From the NCBI RefSeq assembly GCF_009834535.1, contig NC_045705.1, positions 31,682,001-31,746,000 of the forward strand: 64,000 bases of DNA, written 5' to 3'. Below, one piece after another: positions 52,150-64,000 of the stretch. This DNA comes from Camelus ferus (Eukaryota). The translations under genes were made by a program, and so were the position numbers. How positions within the stretch are numbered: the first letter of the stretch is position 1; each line of letters starts with the position of its first letter. The notes under the pieces are model-generated. The model searched no databases and had not been told where the DNA came from. It worked only from the letters and a program-made list of their open reading frames with translations.

Positions 52150-53939
52150 AATTGTTAATTAATTTCTGCATTTACTCTTACTTTCTCATTCTTCATTTTA
52201 TTTTTAGTCAGATTCTTATTTTTATAATCTTCATTCTCTATATTATATTAAATATTTAATGTTGCATAGACTATCTATTACATTTTATTTGCCTCATCTA
52301 TGAAATTTTTAGAGTAATATTTTAATTTTAGAATGAAAATTATAAGTATGATGGAGAATAATAAATTTTAAGAATAGAATTTATGAAAAATGGAATAGTG
52401 TTGAATAAACCTCCAAACTATCCCAAACAAGTTTCTTCCAGTTCTTTCAGATACGATCACTATAGTTTTTTTCTAAGATTCTTCTAGAAATAATCTTTGC
52501 AAATCAAACATTTTTCATATATGTGTGTATATTTATGTTTCAGTGTATACATTTTGCTTTTTATCACTCAACCCCCTATAGGTCTTTATGTGCCAGTTTA
52601 TATAAATGTAACTCATTCTAGTTTCTTCATACTGATTAAATTCTTCATAAAGCAGCACTGTAATTGATGTATCTGGTCCTCTTTATATTTTCCCCACTCT
52701 TTTTTGAAGTTAAATAATTCTGCAAAAGCATCTTTTTGAAATTTTTTAGTATGAATTCCTAGAAGTGAATTTCAGTCAATTGCTTTATGTATTTAAAATG
52801 TTGATGTTCATATTTATTGCCAAAATGCCATCTATTTGGCACCTATTTACATGTTAAAAACGATTTTATTCTTTTTCTATGAATTGCTTACTAATCAGTT
52901 TTACATGTTCTATTTGATTTGGTATGATGGTGATATTTTCTGTACTGATTTGGATGGTGTGGGTGTATTTGTAATATTTATTCTTCCAAATCATGAACAT
53001 GGATATCTTTCCATTTACTTGTGTTTTCAATTTTTTTCATCAATGTATTTTATTTTTCAGTGTACAAATTTTCACCTCCTTGATCAAATTTTTCCTAAAT
53101 ATTTTATTCTTTTTGATGCTTCCGTAATGGGATTAGTTTCTTAATTTCTTTTTTGGGTAGTTTGATGTTAGTATATGTAAATGCAATGAATATTTGTATG
53201 TTGATATTGTATCCTGCAAACTTGAATTTTTTATTAGCTGTAACAGTTTTGTTGCAGTTTCTTGCATTTTCTATATGTAAGATCATGTCTACTATATAGT
53301 CTTTGAAATAAGACTTTTTGTTCTTAGTATCATGCATTTGAGATTTATGCATATTAATATGTTTATAAACATGATCCATTCATTTATTGCTGAGTAGTTT
53401 CCCATTTTATGAGTGTATCACAGTTAATTTAGCTTTTTCTCAATTAAGAGATATTTTGGTTGTTTGCAGTTATTTGAAATTCTGAATAAACTGCTATGAA
53501 TATTCACATATAGTTTCTGACAGAACAAGGAAACAAACAAGGGAAACTTTAAAATAACTATTTTCAGGACACCGGATATCAGAAACAACTGACAGTGTTC
53601 ACTAAAAGATGGGAAACAAGCTGAGCTCTAAGATCTTTCCACTTCATTAGGCTGGGGAAAGATTTGCCCAGAGAGATTAGAGAGAAGGTGGCTTGGTCCT
53701 CACACTGGGCCAGGAATATTGCCTGTTCTCACCAGCTGAAAACCCTCATGGTTCAGAAAGGCCAGGGCACTGAGTTGAATACTTAAGAAGATCTTGCATC
53801 AGGAGTGGGTCATGATTAGGCTTAGGCTGAGAACATCTCAAGATCTGCCTCAAAAACCATAATAGCAAGAAAAAAAATCCACAAGAAAACTTCCAAAAGA
53901 ATCAAACTAAATACTAAATACTGTGCTCAGAATTTTGTG

Positions 53940-54700
53940 TCTTTGTTAATGTGAGATGTTAATTGAATTGTTTTCTTTATGATACCCTTACCCTTGTTTC
54001 AGTCTGGTATGAGGGTTATGGGTACATAAAATGCATTAGGAATTATGTTAATTCCTCCCCTCTGTGAAAGTGTTTATGTAAGATTGGTGCTGTTTCTTGA
54101 TTAGTTGGTGTATAGAACTCAATGATTCAAGCTATATGGGAATGAAATTTTGTTTTGGAAATGGTGAGATTCTAAAGAACCAATTTATTTAAGTATTTAA
54201 TTATTTCAGCTTTTAATTATTTTTCTCTGTGTGTTTAGAAAGTTGTGTTTTTTTTTTTTTAATAGCAGTGGTCCACTTTCTTTTGGCAAGTATACTGTCA
54301 TAAATTCCCTTATCATATTTTGTTATCTTTTTAAGATCTATAGAATCTGCAGTGATGACTTTCTTTTGTGTTGTTTCTGATAATCTGTTCTTTCTCTTAT
54401 TTTTTCTTAATCCATTTTGCTACGTTCTTATCAAGGTTATTAAACTTTCAAAGAACCAATTCCTGGTCTTAAATATATTCTTTATTTTCTATTAACTTCT
54501 GTTTCAATGACTGCTGTCTTCTATCTGCTATTTCCTTTCTGCAGGGTTCTCAGTGTTTTATTTTAATGTTCCTTTTCTAGCTTCTTGAGACAGAAGCTTA
54601 GTTCATTCCTTGTAATATTTCTTGTTTTCTAATATTTGCATTTAAGCTATAAATTTCTCTCTAAGCACTCCTTTTACTGCATCCAGTTGATTTATATATA
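53940..54700 (-). mobile_element. Old L1 ORF2 fragment, positional mirror of 2345-3230
   Basis: TTTTCAAAGAACCAA and AAGCTATAAATTTCTCTCTAAGCAC antisense ORF2 landmarks. Confidence 0.7.
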
Positions 54701-55392
54701 ATAAAATGTTATATTACATACAATTTTCTATGCATATATATATTTCATAGATACCTTTCACATACATTTGTATCACCATCTTTGTCTTGAAAATGTACCT
54801 ATCAAAATGTTCATGGTTAATTTAGATGAATTTTGCTTAATTTGTAATTATTTGGAAACATTTTTGTTATCCATTTCTAGTAGAATTACATTATTGTAAA
54901 ATATTTATGTAACAAATATATGTATATATACCTATAAATATTTGTGCTCTATAATTTAAGTCCTTGGAAATATGTCATGGCCTAGTGTACTGCCTACTTT
55001 GTTGAGTGCCCTGTGAGATATTTGAGATGAACTGAATAGTCCCACAAATGTCTTCTTCCCCTGTTTCCACACTAACACAGATTCTATCAAATTGCCTGTC
55101 TGAAAATATGTGACAAAGTATGTGACAAATTTTATCTGTATTTGAAACAGACTTCAAACAATTTATTCTGAAATTAGCATTCATAATGTTTTGGAAATTA
55201 GTTCAGCTATCATCTTCAAAGACAAAGCTTAAATTTTAACAGATTTGTCTACAAGAAAGTTTTTACAATTTTTCTTTTCCCTGCCAATTCTGGACTTTTC
55301 CCTCTTGGTGACATGACTTCATTTTTTAAGTACTTTTTCCCAGAGGACATGGCTCTGTAAATTCTGTTCTGCATGGTGATTACCTGGTTGGC

Positions 55393-55462
55393 ATCTCTGG
55401 AGATAAAGAGTCACCATCAAAATTATGATTAAGGTCCCATTGAATTTAATTAGACAAGAATC
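55393..55462 (+). promoter_or_regulatory. Candidate OR promoter motif with upstream O/E-like palindrome
   Basis: ATCTCTGGAGAT at 55393-55404, then GTCCCATTGAATTTAATTAGACAAGAATC at 55434-55462. Confidence 0.55.
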
Positions 55463-56140
55463 ACCCATGGAAATACACCAACTGAAAGGCTTTATAACAT
55501 GTACAGTAGTTCAAATGTAGATAAAGTGTTTACAGACCTTTGCCCTTACCTCACAGGACCAAATTTCATAAACTGAAATGATGGACTCAAAATATAGTGA
55601 AGTTTGTATATGAAATTATTCTCCATCCTTCAGGAAACTCAAAGCTCAACAATGCTCGATGAAGGCAGGAGAGTATAACTGATTGAGACTCAAAATACTG
55701 GAAAGACTTTCACTATTTCAATTTCTTCGGTATAAAAGACAAAGAGCAAAATTTATATGTAAACAATTCATACACAGTTTATAGTATTCTCTCCAATCAA
55801 AAGGTTTAATTACATTTGTTAGTGATTCAAACATATCCTGCAAACAGTCAATATTTTGGTTCTCTGTTAACAATCAGATTCAGATTTCTTTTGTAATGGG
55901 CCATTAATATTCACTTTGAAAATCCCAACTTTTGGAAAAGGAATGTTTTTCTGAATGACTTAGTTGAAACAGATTTCCTGCCAGCATGGAATGAGTTGGT
56001 CACATGGAAACAGTTTAAGGTCTAGGGATGCTGCATGCATCTTGCACTCCGTGTCCTCAGAGATGGCATCAGTGAGTGAAGAGCAAGGGAGAAGACAGAG
56101 GAGCCCAGAACATGGATTGAATGGCTGTCTCCTTATGCAG

Positions 56141-57288
56141 GTAACCCAGCAAGGATATTTACACACAAGATTCTGAACTAGGCTTTACATTTTGCAAGAC
56201 TACAATGGTGGTGTGAGAATTCACTCTTCTAGAAGCTCTCTTTTGTCATTCTCACAATCAGTCGTGTTAGCTCTCCTCTGTGATTACTGACATATGAGGA
56301 GGTTGATTCTATCTGACCTTGCTCTTTTTGGATATTTTTGAGTTACAATGATCTGGGATAAATTGACCTATAACATAAACTAGTCTTAGGAACTAATTTC
56401 AAGTGTAATTAATTGGGGATATTTTCATGGGCAGATATTTATAAATCCGCTGATATTCTGAATTAATACGTACTCTACACATTGCTTATTAATCTGTTAA
56501 AAATTAAAAGATAATGTAGCATCTGTAGACCTTGATTAAATTGCTTTCAAGAACATGAGGTGATACAGTAGTAAGCAAACTGTTACTTCAATTGTCACTT
56601 TTCTGTTCCATTTGAGCTTCAGTGTACTAGTATGTTAGTGGCCATTGAGATATACTCTTCCCTCAATTTTTAAAATATATCTTAAATTTCTTTTATATTT
56701 AATTTATATTTTTATTTGTTAATTTCTTAGAGATCTTTGTCTATTTTAGATATTACCTCTGTGTAAATCCTGCACAATGTAAATCTTTCTCCAAACTACT
56801 TTTACGTATTTAGATTGTGCTATCTAAATTTACTAAATCCTTAAATTTTTTTTTGAAATTGTTAAATATATCTCTTAGGAATTTCAATGATTGGTTAAGA
56901 AGATTCTCCCATCCATAGAGATGAAAAAGTTATCTACTTAATATGTGAAAAGTAAAATAAAGTAAACCTTTCTTTAATATTTTCTTAAAATTTAATCCAT
57001 TTTAATTTTTGTATAAGGTATTAGCTATATGTACAACTATATTACCCTCCAGATAGAAAGCAAATTATGACAATTCAGTTATTAATAATGTGTTCTTTCC
57101 CCTCACATGTCTCTTAATTACTTGCCTCTCCATTGGTCTGAAAGATTTTTGAGGTTAGGGATGAGGCTTTAATCAGCCTTATGTGATAAATCTGAAAGTA
57201 CTGGAACATAAACCATATTGCTTATTTGCTGAAAGAATAAACAAGTTATCTGAAAACTTCAGGAAATCACTAGTAATAATATTTATAG
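56141..57288 (+). other. Inferred 5'-UTR intron of OR 57333
   Basis: Donor CAG|GTAACC at 56141; acceptor TTTATAG at 57288, 44 nt before ATG. ORs typically have non-coding 5' exons. Confidence 0.55.
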
Positions 57289-57332
57289 GTAATTTTGTCC
57301 TGAACTCTGAAATAAGACATACAGAAGACTCT

Positions 57333-58250
57333 ATGGACCAAAGGAGGAATGTGACTGAGTTTGTCCTCTTGGGGCTCACTCAAAGCCCCCAGGGTCAGAA
57401 AATATTATTTGCTGTGTTCTTGCTCATCTACATTGTGACAATGGTGGGCAACCTACTCATTGTCGTGACTGTGGTGGTCAGTCCAACCCTGGGTTCCCCT
57501 ATGTACTTCTTTCTTGGTTATTTATCATTCATGGATGCTCTTTATTCTAATACAATCACCCCAAATATGATTATACACTTACTCAGTAAGAAGAAAGCCA
57601 TTTCATTCCAAGCCTGCATGATCCAGCTTTTTATAGAGCACTTATTTGGTGGTGCTGAGATTTGCCTCCTGGTCGCCATGGCTTATGACCGCTATGTGGC
57701 CATCTGCAAACCTTTACATTATTCCACAATCATGAATAAGAGAGTATGTGTTCTGCTGCTGCTATTGGCCTGTGTTGGTGGGTTTTTACATGCTGTAGCT
57801 CATCCTTTCTTTGTTTATAACCTTCCCTTCTGTNNNNNNNNNNNNNNNNNNNNNNNNNNNNNNNNNNNNNNNNNNNNNNNNNNNNNNNNNNNNNNNNNNN
57901 NNNNNNNNNNNNNNNNNNNNNNNNNNNNNNNNNNNNNNNNNNNNNNNNNNNNNNNNNNNNNNNNNNNNNNNNNNNNNNNNNNNNNNNNCCTGCACTCCCT
58001 GAAGAATCTTAGCCCAAAAGGGAGATGCAAAGCCTTGTCCACCTGTGCCTCCCACATTACTGTGGTTGTCCTCTTTTTTGTCCCATGTATCTTTATGTAT
58101 GTGAGACCTCCTTCTACCTTACCCATTGATAAATGCTTGACAGTGTTTTATACTATTATCACCCCTATGTTGAACCCTCTAATCTATACTCTGAGAAATG
58201 GAGAGATGAAAAATGCCATGAAAAAGCTCTGGGCAAGGGTACGAAAATGA
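57333..58250 (+). CDS. Olfactory receptor, OR4A subfamily, 305 aa ([10 protein letters not shown]..); 155-nt N-gap preserves frame
   Basis: [46 protein letters not shown]. Start placed at ATG 57333 by alignment with the other ORs; the ORF-track start at 57183 is GTG and lies upstream of the splice acceptor. Confidence 0.88.
   Translation: MDQRRNVTEFVLLGLTQSPQGQKILFAVFLLIYIVTMVGNLLIVVTVVVSPTLGSPMYFFLGYLSFMDALYSNTITPNMIIHLLSKKKAISFQACMIQLFIEHLFGGAEICLLVAMAYDRYVAICKPLHYSTIMNKRVCVLLLLLACVGGFLHAVAHPFFVYNLPFCXXXXXXXXXXXXXXXXXXXXXXXXXXXXXXXXXXXXXXXXXXXXXXXXXXXXLHSLKNLSPKGRCKALSTCASHITVVVLFFVPCIFMYVRPPSTLPIDKCLTVFYTIITPMLNPLIYTLRNGEMKNAMKKLWARVRK
57834..57988. other. N-gap, 155 nt
   Basis: Run of N inside OR CDS. 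Confidence 0.99.
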
Positions 58251-59655
58251 GGTAGCAGGGACATATATATTATCACCTATTTTTAGTAAAGAATTTGTTC
58301 ATTCCAGTAGAAGTCATGTGTGATTTTTAACTGTAGTAAATTTCTCCTCAGGTTTAATAACTTGGGCTTGATGAAAAATATTTATTATGTGAATACTTCC
58401 AATGATTATTATATACTTTTAATAATTTCATAATTTTCTAGTTATAGATATGTATATATATAGTTTGAAATATATTTTTAAGATCTTCACAGTTTCCCAG
58501 GATAATATATATAGTTTTTAGGTATAAAATGTCTCTCGAGGATATACATTTATGTTCTATATGATGAATTAAGCAATAGTTAATAGTGTAGATTTATTTT
58601 AGTTAGTGGAAGATTTTCTCTTGTTAGTCTCTTAAATAATGTAAACATTCTCATAATTAGTAGGACTGATTACAATTTTCAGAAAATAATAGAGGTATGA
58701 CATAAACAATTTATTCACTCCATTCCACACAAAGACAGCCCATATTAATATTGAAGTATATATTTTAATTTTTTATCTGTGAGACACTTTGCATATATTA
58801 TTTTGTTTATATTGCTTAGAATGTTAACATTGAAGAAGAGTGATGTTTCAGTTGTAATACTATCATAAGGTGGCTAAGTTTGTAAAATTCATTCAAATGA
58901 ACAAGGTGTTTATGTAGAAAAATCATCAAATCTTACTTCTTTTCCCAGGTAGGTAATCATATTATCTCCTCAAGTGGTGTAGCTTTGTTTGGATTTATAT
59001 TTTCATAACAATGATCCATTAGTCTTCCCAATAGTTTAGAATATCTGGTAATACATCTGCTCTTTTCAATATTCCCAGCTCCTTTTTTGCTTATTGTGAT
59101 TCATAGCCTTCTATAGAAGTACAGGCTCTGCCTTTCATCTGTAAATGTAGCATAAAACATAATCTACAAACTTCAAACATGAACTACAGAACTCGACACC
59201 AGGTGTTTTAGATGGTATCATTGTTAAAATAAATGCTGACTATATATGACAATCTTATCTCTCTTATTAATGAAATACAGATTACTAGGCAATCAAGAAA
59301 TCAGAATATACTGTTTTATTTGACATATCATTCATGAAATAGTTTCTTTCTTTGAATCAGGGTTGAAATAAAACATTATCTGCCTCTAAGTAGTCAGAAG
59401 CATTTGATCAAAGAAATGTACTATTCTGCCTCCATTGTTTAATCTTGATATGAGGGGTGAAGTCTTTGAATCAATAGGTACTGATCACTAGTAAATCACA
59501 CTGTGTGAGAAACTTCATATCCTGACTTTTATCCCTGTTAAATGGATATTTCTTATATTATCTCAAAGTCTTCTCAGCTACAATGCTATTTACCAAAAAT
59601 ACCAAGCATTTGAGTTTATCGGATTCTATGTATTTTTTTCCTCCACTTTGAATGT

Positions 59656-60006
59656 TGCTCTAGACTGAGAGTTGTGTCCCTCTTCAAAACCAGAAGTTAA
59701 ATCCTTTAGAATGTGATGGTGCTTGGATGTGGGCCCTTTAGGAAATGATTAGATCATGAAGATGGAGTCCTTATGATTGGAATGGATGCTCTTTTATAGA
59801 GACCCCAACACCCATGACTCTCCTGCCATATGAGGATGCAGCAAAATGATGGTTGTCTATCAACAGGGAAGGGACCTTATCAGATATGAAATCTGCTGGC
59901 ACCTTAACCTTGGACTCCTGATCCTCCAAACTGGTGAAAATAAATGTTTATTATTTCACCACCCAGTCTATGTTATTCTTTATTAGTAGCCAAATGGACC
60001 AAGTCA
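59656..60006 (+). mobile_element. MLT1-type (ERVL-MaLR) solo LTR
   Basis: TG..CA ends, AATCTGCTGGCACCTTAACCTTGGACT, AAAATAAATGTTTATT..CCAGTCTATG; 5-bp flanks AATGT/GATGT. Confidence 0.8.
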
Positions 60007-61019
60007 GATGTTTAATTTTCAAATTTGTGTAGTTATTTCAATTGATGAGCTGAAAGTCTTTATTAATTGTGTCTGTTCATTGGTCTATAACCTCCTTGAA
60101 GTCACGGACTTTTAAAATTGTCTTTGTTTTCTCTGTTTCTTGAATAATATAGGGAACCCAGAATCCACTCTATAGATTTTGTCAATTACTTGAATTCTTG
60201 GCCTACTGAAGTGAATATTTTTTCTGACAAATTTTGATTAACCTATTCTACATTAAAGATATAATATATAATATTGCTATAAATATTTACTTGATATTTA
60301 CTATATATACTTAAAATTATTATACCTTTCATGTTATAATTATCGATGTTTTTATATAAGTATTTTATTTTAATATTCTTTTACTTTTTGATTTTTTTCT
60401 ATCACATCACTCTTGGAAAATTTCATAATCTTCCAATGATTTTATCAATTTTAACCTTTTTTCAAAAATAAACTTTTCAAAATATTTTATTTTTTAACCC
60501 AACTATAATTTAATTTTGTTTATGACAAGGAAGTATCTAAGCCCAAACAGTAAAATATTCTTCCAACACAATTATTAATTTGTATAACAATTTGAAAATG
60601 TTCTATTTAGTATGTCAAGCTTTACAGCATCAAGAGGATTCAATTTGGGGGCAATTTTTCCTCTTCTCCCCCTCCTCTTCCAAACTTTATGGTCATTTTG
60701 CAGAGTTTGAAAACTTCCCATAAAATATGTTTAGAATGCCATGACTCTACATATTTATTTTGAGGAAAACCTACAAATTTTAATGTCTTCTGTCCGATCC
60801 AGAAAAAAAAAAAAAACCCACATATTGTGAATGATTGATTGATGTCTCAATAAAAATTTGTAATCATCTCCATAGAGTGTACATAAATCTTGCCTTGTGG
60901 TTTACTTATTTAAAAAGAGGACTCTCTTATTTACATTTGACTCACATTTTCAAGGATCAAGTCAAGAAGTACGCCTTCTCATACCTCTCACCTGCCACTG
61001 ACACCACCTCTGCAAGGTA

Positions 61020-61110
61020 GGTATAGTTAGGATTATTCCCATTTTACAGATGAAGAAAATTGAATTTCAAAAAATTTAAACAATCTGCCCAATATCAGAG
61101 ACACAGCTAG
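61020..61110. mobile_element. MIR fragment
   Basis: ATTATTCCCATTTTACAGATGAAGAAAATTGA core. Similar pieces at about 8820-8930, 24500-24580 and 28130-28190. Confidence 0.65.
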
Positions 61111-64000
61111 TCTTCAGATCTACCCTTTTCAAAATTCAAATTTATGTTCTTCTGATGACTTTAAATGATATCTGAAAAACATAGTATTTCATCAAAACCT
61201 CTCTGATTTTGTAGTCATTGAAATTTTTCTCTTCCTAATTACAGAGTTGTATAATGTGCCTGTGTATATAAGCAGTTGGAATTCAGAAAGCTGTATGGCT
61301 TGTTGGTATTTAGAATGGAGTGGAATATATTATAGAAAGAAGATGCCGGTACCCTCTTAGCACACACCTGACATACCTAATATTTAAAATTATTCTGGAT
61401 TTCTTGTTCTGTTGGGTAAAAGTGATCAGTGACTTAAAAAATTGATCTCACTGTATTTAGCAGATATGAAAATAATAAAGTGTTCTCAGGTGATTACAGT
61501 AGCATTATAAAATTAAAATTTAGTGTTCTTATTTTACAGAAAAAAATGGAGGATCCAAAAGGTTAAAAAACTTGATCATGGAAAATATAAGTTAGATTTG
61601 AGCCCAAATATGCTTCCCCACATTGTGTGAGTTTTTATTATACAGAATTTCTTGGAATTGGTCATTAATTATGGTTTAGCATATACAATATTTTTAATTA
61701 TATGCCATAAGATGTGACACTTTATTAGATCAACATTATTAGTAGCAATTAAATGCAGATGTTTTTCAAAACCAAACAATAAAATATATCCCTAAAACAA
61801 TTTCACTATTAGGAAGATGGCTTTACACTTAGTCTCTTGAATCTGGAATCCTCTTTGACAATTGTCTCAGGAGATTATTTATAAGGGCTGTTTTTTTTTT
61901 TAAAAAAAAGCAGGAATTATTAGTCCACAGTTGTCAAAGAAAAATTTTCTCAGCTAAACAACTTACCTAACTTAAAAGACTTTGTTGTGAATTAATTTTG
62001 ACTCTTTCCAAAAATGAAGTATATTAGCAAAATACAAATGTATGTAAGTCATAGATATGTTTATAGCTTCCTCTTTTGACAAGGCCCAGCCTCCCACTTC
62101 ATGGACACCATATGTTTTATTGAAGAAATAATGGGCTCTGTAATGTAACAATATTTAGCAACCATATTATAGTTATGAAAACGTGATGGAGAGTGGGAAC
62201 ACCAGCTTCAGGATCAGGAGACATGAGTTTTATTTCACACTATGACATCATCTTATTCCATAACCTTATATAACTTCCCCTATTTCCACAAGTAGTTCAC
62301 TTACGTGAATTGGAAGGTGTTTCCAAGTTCTGTAGTTCTTCCCGAGCCGATATGTTTATCGTCATAAATATTGTTGTATTTGTTTCTACTTCAGTTAGAA
62401 GTAAAATTAGAAGGTTTATGAGACCAAAGCTCTCACTTCCTGAAACTTTTCTATTTCTGGTAAACAGTTAAGAGATGTCCCTTTGGGATAAAAATGCCTT
62501 TAGATTGGACTAGACAACATGAGCTCTGCTCTTGAGTGCTCTGTTATTTTTGAGAACGTGATCTGCTACCTAGCGTGATGCGTGAATCTGCCATGAGAAC
62601 ACTTTGACAGGTACCTGGTTTCTGTGAAATTAGTCCCTGAACCTATCAAACAAGAAACCATACCTCAACTGGTTTCTGATCAACTGTGATAAGATTCACA
62701 TAATTTCTTCTGCCCTTTCATGTTCAAGAATCTGTTTTGCTGTTAACTCCAGGGTTTTAAACCACTCTGTCCTTGGATTTGCATTCCGAAAACAGATTTT
62801 CCTGGTGTGGCTCCAGGGACTCCTCTTTTGAAAAGTTGTTTTCCTAGACAATCTTCACTGATTTAGACCTAACTCATATCTCTTTCCATTTCATGGACCA
62901 CTCTAGGACTTGGGGAGCTGGACTAGACAGGTGTAAGTGTTCTAAAGCCATCTCTATATCCAGCACTGTAGTTATTTAAGTAGAGACTGGGATGACCCCT
63001 CAATGGACCATTGTGAGTGGATCTCAATTTTTTTATGAGGTTGAGAATGACTTTGTCTGTCCATGCTAATTCTCTTATCTGAGTCTTTCATTCCAGAGTT
63101 GAAGATAAGTTCAAGACATTTTCATGATGACATATCAGGAAATTTCATATTCCTTATAGTTCTTTAGATGGTTTCAAGTCCTCATTTAGACTGTCTTGGG
63201 CATCTGCTATCACAGATATTATTACAGCACTTTAATATTAAAATGTCTACTCAAACCAGGTTTGACCCATGCTGCTCACAGTGATCCCATTCTCTGGAGG
63301 AATCCAGAAAATAAATCATCAGTGTGAAACTTATTTTTCTTCTTATGAATGCAGGCATATTTGAACATGGTCAGTGGGTTTGTGCTATATAGGAGTATTT
63401 ACAAACAAATTGAACTGGAGTAAATTCATTTAAAAATAATTTCAAATATTGATAGTTATTTATTTTAGTAGATAATTGTAATAGGCCTCCCAGTTGGTGG
63501 CAAGGGAAACTTGCCATGACCATAATTAAAGATTGTAAAACAATAATTTAAATGTAAGTATCCTGGCCTGGAAGTTAGTGTCCTGGTCACCTATTTTGCC
63601 TTGGCAAATGGCATTCTGATTCTTTGTCTTATATTTACTTACTATAAATTGTTGATATTAAAACTTATTCTTTTGTATTCCACAGGATATTATGAAATTA
63701 AACTTAAATGACTGAAATAAATGTATTCTGCCATCTCTGAGTATAACTGAAGACTGGAATGATTTACATGGTTATTATGTTAATCTAATTCCGGAATTGA
63801 TGCAAGATACGACCAATTTGAAAATGTATTCTAAACTTTACCTGCTATGAAATGCCGATATTATAATAGGATTTTTAATTATCACTTAATGTACACCTGA
63901 AAAGAAATATTTAAGCATTCTACTTTGCATGAATGATTGATTAAAAAATAAAATATTATAATAAACATTTTTTCAGTTAGATAGTTACCACCATAACTGA

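Larger units (their letters stand above)
33960..53500 (+). repeat. Three tandem copies of a ~7-kb OR4A47-like unit (about 33960-41470, 41470-48490, 48490-53500, last partial)
   Basis: Repeated landmarks at 34180/41680/48700, 35107/42599/49408, ATG 36550/43920/50726, 39762/46801 and 41166/48181. The same unit is present in reverse at about 5000-10900. Confidence 0.9.
53090..57112 (+). repeat. Right arm of the inverted segmental duplication; partner about 1-4450
   Basis: Same collinear reverse-complement blocks as listed for the left arm. Confidence 0.85.

Noticed and set aside
57183-57332. 50-aa N-terminal extension of OR 57333
   Set aside because: Starts at GTG and lies mostly upstream of the acceptor at 57288. 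In the inferred spliced mRNA an in-frame TGA (56077-56079) with no later ATG precedes the CDS.
60700-60925. Similarity to 39200-39400 and 46600-46810 as a conserved regulatory element
   Set aside because: It looks like an old antisense L1 fragment inherited through duplication; no sign of constraint beyond shared ancestry.
61000-64000. Possible promoter or exons of a further gene (AAG|GTAGGT near 61017, TCCCTTTGGGA near 62478, TTCCACAG near 63684)
   Set aside because: Isolated short motifs with no paralogous support and no downstream CDS in the window; expected by chance.
1-64000. A previously undescribed multi-gene or defence-type system
   Set aside because: All convincing coding sequence is olfactory receptor or retroelement. 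Nothing in the sequence supports a novel protein system, so the findings are limited to regulatory and structural hypotheses.

Overview
AT-rich mammalian genomic DNA. A Vic-1-type tRNA-derived SINE and camelid-type L1 3' ends point to a camelid (inference from recalled repeat consensus). The window is part of a class II olfactory receptor family 4 (OR4A/OR4C) cluster with eight OR loci. Five are OR4A47-like paralogs: two on the - strand and three on the + strand, one of which is a clear pseudogene and one unresolved because of an N-gap. The others are a 5'-truncated OR4A15-like pseudogene, an intact OR4C6-like gene, and a further OR4A-type gene. The rest is L1, L2, MIR, LTR and SINE sequence plus five N-gaps of 140-155 nt. 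I found no RNA genes, CRISPR arrays or evidence of a new protein-coding system; most short ORFs in the track are repeat-derived or chance. The signals worth following are architectural and regulatory. (1) A ~29-bp motif (TCCCA-N3-AATTTAATTA..AGAATC-like) recurs five times, each 630-710 bp upstream of a candidate splice donor of an inferred non-coding OR first exon. (2) A junction at 17724 removed the start of one OR and the inferred promoter of its neighbour. (3) The window has a mirror-image inverted duplication that predicts another OR just left of position 1. (4) The two - strand genes show a gene-conversion-like identity tract. All alignments were done by eye, and gene names rest on recalled human protein sequences.
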